NCBI RefSeq assembly: GCF_000011805.1
Contig: NC_006840.2
Direction: 5' to 3' (one strand)
Source: Aliivibrio fischeri ES114
Lineage (GTDB): Bacteria > Pseudomonadota > Gammaproteobacteria > Enterobacterales > Vibrionaceae
Length of the DNA: 32,000 bases
Shown here piece by piece: positions 17,785 through 26,695 of the stretch (its first letter is position 1; each line of letters starts with the position of its first letter). The notes beneath the pieces are model-generated. The model searched no databases, had not been told where the DNA came from, and worked only from the letters and a program-made list of their open reading frames with translations. Both the position numbers and the translations under genes were made by a program.

Positions 17785-18061
17785 AATTGTGTTATATCCA
17801 CTTTGGACAAATCAAACCGAACTTTATTTAAAAGGAAATGTCTGAAATTTGCTGTGTTATTTTTTAGGAAAAAAAGTGTAACAGCATGTGTATCGTCAGA
17901 AATCTGACCAGTGTTTTTTTGACGGTTATTTTAAAATGCCCTGACAATAGTTAATATTTTTTAAACCATTTGTAACTAATACAAGGTGTTTAAATTATCG
18001 ACTTTGTTATCAGATAGAGTGAATACTCTATTAAATTGCCTTTTTATTACTTTAGCTTGAC

Positions 18062-18859
18062 TTGCCTATGCCACTGGCAGTTACACTACCCCTAATTCAT
18101 TTACTATTTGATTTCATTATGACTTTTTCATTTTCACCTAAAAACAGAATTTACGAGCTCATTGCGCTAGGTTTCTTTTCACTAATGATGGTTTGCACTC
18201 TATTGTTAACCCCAAAACCTGACCTATTTACTCCATTATCAAATAATGTAAATGAACTACTCAATTTGTTAAGTAACTCTGCAGGAAATCCATTTTTTCT
18301 TGTCACCACTTTTGTTCTTTGCCTTATTCCTGTAATTAAACGCCTATCAAGAAAAAAATTAGCGTCGCTATATGTGCAATTTGCTTTGTTGCTGGTGTTA
18401 AGTTTCGCTCTTAAAACAGGATTAAAATCAGTAACAGAAGTGCCTCGCCCATACAGCTATGCTCTCGCTGAAGTTGGACTAGTTGATAATGCTGCTAGCT
18501 TCTATCAATTAGAACCTGCGCTTAAAGATGAATTAATAGAACGTATCGCTTCAAAAGTGAGCCCTGCCAGAATCGAACAATGGCACGGCGAAACAAACTA
18601 TGCGTTTCCATCTGGCCACACAATCTTCGTTGCTATCTGTATTTTATTTTGGGGGGGATTCTTACTTAGACATAACCACTATATAACTGCAGGTTTATTA
18701 CTTACTTGGGGGGTTGGTGTAGGATTCAGTCGTATTTGGCTTGGAATGCATTGGCCGACAGATTTAATGGGCTCAACAATTTTAGCTTCATTATTAATCT
18801 TTTGTGTACCAAAAATTAATTTTGAAAAGAATCATCAAGCAAATAATGCCGTAAGCTAA
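18062..18859 (+). CDS. pgpB: PAP2-family phosphatase, phosphatidylglycerophosphatase B-like
   Basis: The PAP2 motifs are LKSVTEVPRP, FPSGHT and SRIWLGMHWPTD. The region …HGETNYAFPSGHTIFVA… resembles E. coli PgpB. The start is uncertain (TTG 18062, ATG 18068 or ATG 18119). Confidence 0.7.
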   Translation: MPMPLAVTLPLIHLLFDFIMTFSFSPKNRIYELIALGFFSLMMVCTLLLTPKPDLFTPLSNNVNELLNLLSNSAGNPFFLVTTFVLCLIPVIKRLSRKKLASLYVQFALLLVLSFALKTGLKSVTEVPRPYSYALAEVGLVDNAASFYQLEPALKDELIERIASKVSPARIEQWHGETNYAFPSGHTIFVAICILFWGGFLLRHNHYITAGLLLTWGVGVGFSRIWLGMHWPTDLMGSTILASLLIFCVPKINFEKNHQANNAVS

Positions 18860-19737
18860 GTATCTAAATTACATAGAATACTCCATACCTTTTCACCGGC
18901 TGGATGTAACCTTGCTTGATAACGATACGCATAATATTCAATAGGAAGTCGCAGTGATTGTTCACCGATTATTGCGACTTTTTTCTGTGCTAACTCTTCT
19001 TGAATACTGTAAGCAGGCAACCAAGCTATTCCTTGTTTATTCAGTACTAATATCTTCAACATATCAGTCATTGATGACGAAAAAATAGGTGTTAACGCCA
19101 CTTGTTCTCTTATAATTTCTACCTGTCTTCCCATGTAAGATGTTGAACTATATGTTAACCAAGGCACAGCGCCTTGAGATATAAAATCATAAATAGGTTT
19201 TCCCATTTCATCACATGCACTCACAGGTAACAGCTCTGTTTTAGCAATAAGCTGAGACTGATAAGGTGGCAAACGTAAAATATCATCATCAAACGCTAAT
19301 AATATGTCACATGCCCCCTCTCTTAACTCTTTTGTTGCTTCGTCTACGTCAATGGCTTCAACACTTAAAATCGGTTTATAGTCCCCCTCATCAAACGCTT
19401 GCTGCATCTTAGGTATTAAACTAGTTGCTAGCGAGTGTGCCGCTGCAACTTGAACAACATTACCACCTAATTGAGATAAATCTGATATTTGGCTTATGCC
19501 AGCTTCAATCTGATTGACCAAGGTTCTTGCGGTTATTCGGAATAATTTACCACTTGGAGTTAACTCTATCGGTTTACTCTTTCTATCGACTAGTTCAGCA
19601 CCTACGGTATCTTCTAATAAACGAATTCTTCGACTGAATGCAGGCTGAGTGACATTTCTTAATTCAGCAGCTTGTGAGAAATTTTTCACTTTTGCTAACA
19701 CTAAAAAATCTTCTAGCCATTTACTTTCTACATTCAT
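18856..19737 (-). CDS. LysR-family transcriptional regulator (YjiE/HypT-like)
   Basis: The HTH is …WLEDFLVLAKVKNFSQAAELRNVTQPAFSRRIRLLEDTVGAELVDR…. Blocks such as EAIDVDEA and GIAWLP resemble E. coli YjiE/HypT as I recall it. I moved the start to ATG 19737, which follows GAGG with a 5-nt spacer, rather than the TTG at 19752. Confidence 0.85.
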   Translation of the reverse strand: MNVESKWLEDFLVLAKVKNFSQAAELRNVTQPAFSRRIRLLEDTVGAELVDRKSKPIELTPSGKLFRITARTLVNQIEAGISQISDLSQLGGNVVQVAAAHSLATSLIPKMQQAFDEGDYKPILSVEAIDVDEATKELREGACDILLAFDDDILRLPPYQSQLIAKTELLPVSACDEMGKPIYDFISQGAVPWLTYSSTSYMGRQVEIIREQVALTPIFSSSMTDMLKILVLNKQGIAWLPAYSIQEELAQKKVAIIGEQSLRLPIEYYAYRYQARLHPAGEKVWSILCNLDT

Positions 19738-20065
19738 TTCAACCTCATACAACCATTCTATTTGAGATAGTTATCACTATTCCGAAACTGCATTATCACC
19801 ATTTTTTAAAAAATTTTATGTCGGCCAAGCCAAAATATTCGCTTAAATTATCAAGTTATTTCGCTTTTATGTTTAAAAAAGCATCAAAAAAGACATTTAC
19901 CGAGAGCAAAGTCAATTTTTAAACCATTGCACTATGCCGATTTGGCATGATGAAACAATTCTTAGCATTTAACAAAAACCATACCGACTGACATGATTTA
20001 TTTAGCTTATCCGTCGCAAGATGAATTAAAAAAATCAATTAGTTAAAATTTAAATAGGATGTTTT

Positions 20066-21367
20066 ATGTCGGTAATAATTGAAATCTCAGTAGTGCTAAT
20101 TTGCATCTACTGGGGATTAAAAATGGGTGGCCTTGGCGTTGGTTTGGCAGGAGGGTTTGGTCTTGCGGTATTAACGCTTGGATTAGGTCTCGAACCTAGC
20201 GCTCCTGCTATTGATGTTATTCTTATTATAATGTCTGTTGTGACTGCAGCTTCAACCATGCAGGCGGCGGGTGGTATGGAATGGCTAGTTCATCATGCAG
20301 GTAACTTAATGCGCCGCCATCCAAAATATATAAATATACTAGCACCGATCATTACTTGGTGTATGACCATTATGGCGGGCACAGGGTATACGGTTTTTTC
20401 AACTCTTCCTGTTATTTCAGAAGTAGCCAAAGAAATTGGAGAAAGACCATCTCGCCCTTTATCTGCGGCGGTTGTGGCTTCGCAAGTTGCAATTTCTGGC
20501 TCACCTATCTCTGCGGCAATGGCGGCCATGATTTCAATCATGGAACCTGCAGGTGTTAGCTTCTTACAAATTATGGCTATTTGCTTACCCGCTTCTTTCA
20601 TTGCTGCAATGGTTGCGGCATTTATTGCCTCTCGACAAGGCTGTGAATTAAAAGACGACGTGGTTTATCAACAAATCCAAAAAGAAAATAAACAACATGT
20701 TACTTCAATGACTAAAGACATTGATCCTAAGGCAAAATATTCAGTGTTTCTTTTTGCATTAGCTACGTGTGCCATTGTTCTTTATGCCGCTATTCCTTCA
20801 CTACGTCCAGCCTTTCCAAGTGGCGATATCATGACAACACGTGACATCATTATTGTCAGTATGTTTGCTGCAGCATGTTTGATGGTACCTATGTGTAATA
20901 TTCATCCGGATCGTATTATTAAAACCACGACGTTCCGTTCAGGAATGAGCTCTGTAGCGGTTATTTTAGGTATTGTGACCATGGGCTCAACTGTTGTTAA
21001 TGCTCACCTTCCTGAGATTAAAGAATTTGCGGGTTCTCTACTTCACTCTTACCCAATGTTGTTATCACTTGTTCTTTTTGGCACTTGCACATTATTAATG
21101 TCACAAGGCGCAACAACACCACTGATTGTTCCTTTAGCGCTGAGCTTGAATGTTCCTCACTGGGCGATCTTAGCGTCATTCGTTGCAGTAACTGGTGTGT
21201 TTGTTCTACCAACATACCCTACCTCTCTTGCAGCTATTGAGTTTGACTCAACAGGTTCAACTCGAATGGGGAAAAACATCTTTGATCATCCATTTATGCT
21301 ACCGGGTCTAACAGGTGTCATTGTTGCCATTGGCTTTGGTTTCTTACTCGCTCCAGCAGTGCTTTAG
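20066..21367 (+). CDS. Anaerobic C4-dicarboxylate (or aspartate) transporter, DcuA/DcuB family
   Basis: At 433 aa it is colinear with E. coli DcuA (…RRHPKYINILAPIITW…TLPVISEVAKE…PTYPTSLAAIEFDSTGSTRMGKNIFDHPF…). Confidence 0.9.
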   Translation: MSVIIEISVVLICIYWGLKMGGLGVGLAGGFGLAVLTLGLGLEPSAPAIDVILIIMSVVTAASTMQAAGGMEWLVHHAGNLMRRHPKYINILAPIITWCMTIMAGTGYTVFSTLPVISEVAKEIGERPSRPLSAAVVASQVAISGSPISAAMAAMISIMEPAGVSFLQIMAICLPASFIAAMVAAFIASRQGCELKDDVVYQQIQKENKQHVTSMTKDIDPKAKYSVFLFALATCAIVLYAAIPSLRPAFPSGDIMTTRDIIIVSMFAAACLMVPMCNIHPDRIIKTTTFRSGMSSVAVILGIVTMGSTVVNAHLPEIKEFAGSLLHSYPMLLSLVLFGTCTLLMSQGATTPLIVPLALSLNVPHWAILASFVAVTGVFVLPTYPTSLAAIEFDSTGSTRMGKNIFDHPFMLPGLTGVIVAIGFGFLLAPAVL

Positions 21368-21408
21368 CACTTACTACAACGCGTATTTCATTTAAAGGAG
21401 TAAATATT

Positions 21409-22119
21409 ATGAACAAGAAATTAGGTATTTTAGGCGGTATGGGACCTTTAGCAACGGTTGAGTTTATGTTGAAGATCATTAGTCAAACCCCTGCACATAA
21501 TGACCAAGAACACATTCCGATGGTAGTAAGTAGCGTTCCACAAATCCCTGACAGAACCGCTTTTATTATGGGGCATGGACAAGATCCTTACCCTGAATTA
21601 AAACACAGCTTTGAGCAACTTGAGCGATCTGGTGCTGAATGTATTGTTATCCCTTGTAATACCGCTCATTATTGGTATCCACAACTGAGTGCGACTAGCC
21701 ATGTGCATACCATCAGTATCATCGATAGTGTTGTTCAAGAAGCGCAAAATCGTCGGTATAAAACCGTTGGCTTATTAGCTACCACGGCAACAATGAAAGC
21801 AAGAATGTACCAACAAAAACTTAATCAATATCATATTGAGGTCATTGAAACTGATGACATTCAACAACGTGATGTCATGCAGGGAATTTACGAAGTAAAA
21901 GCAGGAAATGTAGAAAAAGGAAAAGCATTAATGCTACCAGTATTCGAGTCAATGCTCGCTCAAGGCGCTGAGGCTGTCATTTTAGGTTGCACTGAAATTC
22001 CAGTTGCTCTGGCAGAACAAAACCTCAAGCAACCACAACAATGTTTAGACTCACTGGAAATCTTAGCTAAGTGTTGTGTTGATTGGTCTTATGAAGAACA
22101 AGCCGCTTTAGCAAGTTAA
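21409..22119 (+). CDS. Aspartate/glutamate racemase-family protein (aspartate racemase-like)
   Basis: LGILGGMGPLAT and the two catalytic-Cys motifs PCNTAHYW and GCTEIP are present. The SD AAGGAG precedes the ATG. Confidence 0.8.
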   Translation: MNKKLGILGGMGPLATVEFMLKIISQTPAHNDQEHIPMVVSSVPQIPDRTAFIMGHGQDPYPELKHSFEQLERSGAECIVIPCNTAHYWYPQLSATSHVHTISIIDSVVQEAQNRRYKTVGLLATTATMKARMYQQKLNQYHIEVIETDDIQQRDVMQGIYEVKAGNVEKGKALMLPVFESMLAQGAEAVILGCTEIPVALAEQNLKQPQQCLDSLEILAKCCVDWSYEEQAALAS

Positions 22120-22565
22120 CGATTTCTTCTTACTGAATTCACCGCCATGATGCAAAAAACGACAAGTAACAATAATGGTAATAACCAAAGTACGTATGTT
22201 TTAGCATTTAATGGCGGTTCATATAATACAAAATCACCAAATCGATGCGTCATAAAAGCAATCACTTCTTCTTCACTCTTTCCTGCTTTAATCTGTTGAT
22301 ACACAGTTAATCGTAAATCTTTAGCAATAGGTGAGTTGGACTCTATTAAGTTTTGATTTTGACATTGTGGACATCGCAAGCGTTTAGCCAATTCAATCGC
22401 CTGCTTTTGTTGCTCTTGGGAGGTGAACTCAAACAATTCAACGCTCTCAATAACGTCTTTATCTGCAGAAACGAATAAGTCATTACTATTATCTAATGCA
22501 GCGTTGACTGAAAACATACTCAATAAACAGAATAAATACAGTAATGATTTAAAAGAATGCTTCAT
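22116..22565 (-). CDS. nrfF: Cytochrome c maturation thiol-reductase component, NrfF/CcmH type
   Basis: It has a signal peptide, the motif LRCPQCQNQNLIESNSPIAKDLR and a C-terminal TM helix. It is the last gene of the nrfE cluster. Confidence 0.8.
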   Translation of the reverse strand: MKHSFKSLLYLFCLLSMFSVNAALDNSNDLFVSADKDVIESVELFEFTSQEQQKQAIELAKRLRCPQCQNQNLIESNSPIAKDLRLTVYQQIKAGKSEEEVIAFMTHRFGDFVLYEPPLNAKTYVLWLLPLLLLVVFCIMAVNSVRRNR

Positions 22566-23092
22566 TATTTTCCCTCAAAAAAATCGGCAAATTCACGTTG
22601 CCACTTTTCTTCATTCAACGCGCCTGTAAATCGATGTAATATCTTGCCATGTTGATCAATAACAAAGGTTGTCGGCGTTCCATAAACCCCTAAATCCATG
22701 GCTAAAATCCCTTGAGGATCATAAAGAACAGCTTGATATGGATTACCAGTTTGCTCTAATACCTGTTTTGCTGCACTTCTATTATCACGGTAATCTAAAC
22801 CAATAATTGGTATCCCTTGCTCTTTAAGTTGATGTAAAAATTGATGCTCTGTTTTGCATATTCCACACCATGCCGCCCACACATTAAGCAAGGTAAGTGA
22901 ATCATTATGAAAAATAGATTCCGTTAAATACGTAGAGGCGTCGGTGACATCTGATAATTTAAAAGCAGGAACCGTTTCCCCCACCATTGCTGTAGAACCT
23001 GAGGATTCCTTGGTTTCTAAACCACTTAGTAACACAAAAAAAACTGCAATACACAAAATGATAGCAGTGAGAACCTTAGCTATTTGCTTCAT
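22565..23092 (-). CDS. CcmG/DsbE-family membrane-anchored thioredoxin-like thiol:disulfide oxidoreductase (nrf-associated)
   Basis: It has an N-terminal anchor, the active site WAAWCGICKTEH, and GVYGTPTTFVID. It overlaps the nrfE stop by 4 nt and the nrfF start by 1 nt. Confidence 0.8.
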   Translation of the reverse strand: MKQIAKVLTAIILCIAVFFVLLSGLETKESSGSTAMVGETVPAFKLSDVTDASTYLTESIFHNDSLTLLNVWAAWCGICKTEHQFLHQLKEQGIPIIGLDYRDNRSAAKQVLEQTGNPYQAVLYDPQGILAMDLGVYGTPTTFVIDQHGKILHRFTGALNEEKWQREFADFFEGK

Positions 23093-24975
23093 GCTGTTTT
23101 TCTCTTTCTTTTAACCATAGCGAATACCCCTCCAACACACATTAACAATGAGCCAAACCAAATCCACCTCACGTACGCTTTATATTGCAATCGTAACGCA
23201 AAACTTCCATCTTTTAATTTTTCGCCCAGTGTAACGTATATATCGCCGCGCCAAAACCAGTGCATTGCCGGCTCACTCATGTTCATCACTCGTACTTGAT
23301 AATGTCGACGTTGAGGGTGAACATTCGCTATTTCTTTCCCATTTTCATAAATACGTAAATTCGCTTGCTCTGCTGTATAATTAGCACCAACTAATAGCTC
23401 AGTATCTTTATAATGGATATTATAATTCGCAAGTTTCGCACTCATTCCAGGTTCCATTTTTGCACTGGTTTCAAATGAATGATAACTGTTCATCGCAGCG
23501 CCAATCATAACCACAGCCACACCAATATGCGCGATTGCCATGCTTATATTTTTACCTTTAGATCGTTTTATTTCCCACACCGTTCCAATAATAACGGCAA
23601 TAGATAAGATCCACACAATAAGAGGAATAACGTAAATACAATCATATTGAAGTGTATAAATCAGCATTCCACTAATAACTGAACTACCAATGAATATGGC
23701 TGTATTTTTTATTGTTGCCATCTCTGCTTTCTTATTCCATTGCACAAAAATCGATAACGCCATCATACCGAGTGCAATAAGCGCCATTGGAACAAAAAGT
23801 AAATTAAAATAAGGTGCCCCTACCGAAATATTCCCTAACCCTAAGATCTGAAAAATCATAGGATAAAACGTGCCAAGTAATACCGTCACCGTTGCAATTG
23901 CGAATAAGCCACACAACACTAAAAATAGAAAATCACGACTGATAAAATGTTGGATGGGTTCACTGTTAATTTGTCTGCTTTTTACTGTATAAAGGCTAAA
24001 AGAGAGCAACATTACAATAAACAAAATTAGTAATAATATGATGCCTCTTGTTGGATCGACAGCAAACGCATGAACCGACGTTAATACCCCTGAGCGAACC
24101 ACAAAAGTCCCTAAGATACTCAAACAAAAAGTCACTAATGCCAAAATAATCGATGCTTTTAGTAATAGCTTTCTCTTATGACTAGCAATTAATGTGTGTA
24201 GTAATGCGGTGGATGTTAACCAAGGCAACAAAGAAGCGTTTTCTACTGGGTCCCAAAACCACCATCCACCCCAACCTAACTCATAATAGGCCCACCATGA
24301 GCCAAGACTGATCCCAGCAGTAAGCAATGACCAAGCAAGCAATGTCCAGTTTCTCGCATAGCCGACCCATTGAGATGGCACTTTTTTCATCATTAATGCA
24401 GCGAGTGCAAATGAAAAGGTAGCAGCAAAACCAACATAACCGAGATATAACAATGGGGGATGAAATATCAATCCAATATCTTGTAACATTGGATTCAAAT
24501 CTCGTCCTTCTAAAGGCGTATTGGCATAAATAATAAAAGGATTAGATGCAAATAAAGTAAAGGCTGAAAAGATAACAATTAATCCATTTAATATTAAAAG
24601 AACACGTACTAAATAAGATTGCTCAATGCTTTTTCTTTTTAATGTAATTAAGCCAACCCATAAGGTGAGTGTTAATACCCAAAATAGTAATGAACCTTCA
24701 TGCCCACCCCAAATCGCAGCAATTTTAAAAAATACAGGTAATGCAGAATTAGAGTGCTCGGCTATATATCGAATAGAAAAGTCATCAATATAAAACCCAT
24801 AACCTAAAGCAGATATGGATAAAATACAAAAAAGAGCTGTTAATAATGAAAGTGGGAAAATAGATACGGCCCAATTGTCTTCATTTCTAAAAATACCGTA
24901 ACTTGCTGTCACACAAGCAACAGCAGACAACACCATAGTGGTTATTAACCAAAACTGTCCAATTTCAGCAATCAT
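23089..24975 (-). CDS. nrfE: Heme lyase NrfE (CcmF paralogue) for the CXXCK heme of NrfA
   Basis: The WWD motif is WGGWWFWDPVENASLLPWL, in a multi-TM protein. I moved the start to ATG 24975 (MIAEIGQFW…, preceded by GGAG), which aligns with the CcmF/NrfE N-terminus, rather than the GTG at 24996. Confidence 0.85.
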   Translation of the reverse strand: MIAEIGQFWLITTMVLSAVACVTASYGIFRNEDNWAVSIFPLSLLTALFCILSISALGYGFYIDDFSIRYIAEHSNSALPVFFKIAAIWGGHEGSLLFWVLTLTLWVGLITLKRKSIEQSYLVRVLLILNGLIVIFSAFTLFASNPFIIYANTPLEGRDLNPMLQDIGLIFHPPLLYLGYVGFAATFSFALAALMMKKVPSQWVGYARNWTLLAWSLLTAGISLGSWWAYYELGWGGWWFWDPVENASLLPWLTSTALLHTLIASHKRKLLLKASIILALVTFCLSILGTFVVRSGVLTSVHAFAVDPTRGIILLLILFIVMLLSFSLYTVKSRQINSEPIQHFISRDFLFLVLCGLFAIATVTVLLGTFYPMIFQILGLGNISVGAPYFNLLFVPMALIALGMMALSIFVQWNKKAEMATIKNTAIFIGSSVISGMLIYTLQYDCIYVIPLIVWILSIAVIIGTVWEIKRSKGKNISMAIAHIGVAVVMIGAAMNSYHSFETSAKMEPGMSAKLANYNIHYKDTELLVGANYTAEQANLRIYENGKEIANVHPQRRHYQVRVMNMSEPAMHWFWRGDIYVTLGEKLKDGSFALRLQYKAYVRWIWFGSLLMCVGGVFAMVKRKRKTA

Positions 24976-25002
24976 ATTGCTCCATACATTTTTCACATAA
25001 AA

Positions 25003-25040
25003 GCCATGCTTATGCTCGTCATTATTGGCATAAGCATGGC
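25003..25040 (-). terminator. Intercistronic 13-bp perfect stem-loop between nrfD and nrfE (attenuator or processing site candidate)
   Basis: GCCATGCTTATGC-N12-GCATAAGCATGGC. On the minus-strand transcript it is followed by UUUUAUG. Confidence 0.5.
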
Positions 25041-25049
25041 ATTACTACA

Positions 25050-26006
25050 TTATACGACCGTCATTTGTCCTGCATACAACACAAACGTACGAAGCATTAA
25101 TACACCAAGTAAACTTAATGATGTCACAACAAAAATAAACCCTTTACCGTGAACCAATTCCTTTGGCGCAAATGCATTCAAAGTTAAAGGGGTGATCATA
25201 CCTAAACCAATAACGCCAACCCAGAACCATATTCCCCAAAAACCACCACCAATAGCAGCCCAAGCAGCAGCTTCGCCCTGCCCTCCACTAAAGATTAAAC
25301 CAGTAAAGAAGGTAACAAGTACGAACAACTCAAACAGTACAACAGGTCGTTCAAAGTTATGGATCCACTTCACCGAATGGCTATGGCTTGGTTCTTTAAA
25401 ACCTAAAATACCAAACAGTAAACACGCCGCTGCACCAGACGATAAACTTGAGAACAAGAATAAAATCGGCAATACCGGGTTATTTAACATTGGATACGTT
25501 TGTAATGCTGACAATAAGAAACCAGTATAAGCCGCAAGCATAATAGCAAGCACAGCTAAAAAGATTTCTAACGCATTTTCAAACTGTTCAATCTTAAGCA
25601 AGATAGTATCGATAAAACCAAACTTTCCTTTTAGAAAGCTCATGATATCCTTTCTAAACATTACGCCAAGCCAAGCAAATAGCACAGCCATATACACTTG
25701 GAATAGAATAACCCCCATCGACATCACGGATGTTGGGTTAAAGAAAATCATAATTTTCCAAAAAGAGAGTGGTTTGGTTAAGTGGAAAATCAAAATGGTT
25801 AAACCTGCAATAATGCCAAATGGCGCTAAAATTGCGGTTGCTTTGATAATACCGTTATCTGCAGGGTTACCTTCAATCACTTTACGTTTTAAGTAAATCG
25901 ATATCATAACCGCACCAGCAGACATACCGGCTAAGAAAAGGTAGATCGCAATGATCCAATCCCATACTAAAGAGTCGAAATTAAACGCTGCTTCCCATGC
26001 ACTCAT
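25050..26006 (-). CDS. nrfD: NrfD, polysulfide-reductase-type integral membrane quinol dehydrogenase subunit
   Basis: This is a 318-aa protein with 8 TM helices, encoded immediately after nrfC (1-nt gap). It shows NrfD/PsrC family character. Confidence 0.85.
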   Translation of the reverse strand: MSAWEAAFNFDSLVWDWIIAIYLFLAGMSAGAVMISIYLKRKVIEGNPADNGIIKATAILAPFGIIAGLTILIFHLTKPLSFWKIMIFFNPTSVMSMGVILFQVYMAVLFAWLGVMFRKDIMSFLKGKFGFIDTILLKIEQFENALEIFLAVLAIMLAAYTGFLLSALQTYPMLNNPVLPILFLFSSLSSGAAACLLFGILGFKEPSHSHSVKWIHNFERPVVLFELFVLVTFFTGLIFSGGQGEAAAWAAIGGGFWGIWFWVGVIGLGMITPLTLNAFAPKELVHGKGFIFVVTSLSLLGVLMLRTFVLYAGQMTVV

Positions 26007-26007
26007 C

Positions 26008-26694
26008 TTAAATCTCCCCTTTTAAATATGGAATCTTATACAATTTAGGCTTGGTACCTAGATCCACTTTGTCACGGTATACTGGGTTACTATTCAATAC
26101 CGCATTAATCTCGCTATCTTTATCGTTTAAATCACCAAAGGTCAGTGCTTTTGTCGGACAAGATTCAACACAAGCCGGTTGCTTACCTTCTGCTAAGTTT
26201 GTTTCACGGCAAAAATCACACTTATCTGCCGATTTAGTCACAGGATTAAAGAAACGAACTTGATACGGACAAGCTGCCAAACAATAGCCACAGCCAACAC
26301 ATTTTTCGTTATGAACATCAACAATTCCTGTTGTTTCATCTTTATATGCCGCACCGGTAGGACACACCATTACACAAGGAGCATTTTCACAATGTTGACA
26401 TGACTTACGAGTAAAACGGTATTCAACATCAGGAAACTCACCTTTGGGCTCACTACGGATGATTTCTAAACGTGTTACCCCTTCAGGAACACGGTTTACT
26501 TCTCTACATGCTTCCGTACATGCTGTGCAGCCGATACACGCGTTTTCATCATGAACCATACCATAACGCTTTGAACCATCTTCCATGGAATACGCTAAGG
26601 TTTTTTTACTGTTTATTAATGATGTTGTCGCAACACCTGTTGTGAAAATAACCGCACCTGAACCAGCTAAAAAATTTCGTCTAGAACAACTCAT
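26008..26694 (-). CDS. nrfC: NrfC, Tat-exported 4x[4Fe-4S] ferredoxin subunit
   Basis: The Tat motif is SRRNFLAGSG. There are four Cys clusters (CIGCTACTEAC, CQHCENAPCVMVCP, CVGCGYCLAACP, CDFC…CVESCP). Confidence 0.9.
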   Translation of the reverse strand: MSCSRRNFLAGSGAVIFTTGVATTSLINSKKTLAYSMEDGSKRYGMVHDENACIGCTACTEACREVNRVPEGVTRLEIIRSEPKGEFPDVEYRFTRKSCQHCENAPCVMVCPTGAAYKDETTGIVDVHNEKCVGCGYCLAACPYQVRFFNPVTKSADKCDFCRETNLAEGKQPACVESCPTKALTFGDLNDKDSEINAVLNSNPVYRDKVDLGTKPKLYKIPYLKGEI

Positions 26695-26695
26695 A

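Noticed and set aside
17894-17920. A possible FadR operator or small terminator upstream of fadL (TCAGAaaTCTGA palindrome, GACCAGTG, then T7).
   Set aside because: Only the right half resembles the FadR consensus (TGGTCNGACCAGTT), and the left half matches 2 of 6 positions. The hairpin GTCAG/CTGAC is only 5 bp and has no upstream plus-strand gene to terminate.
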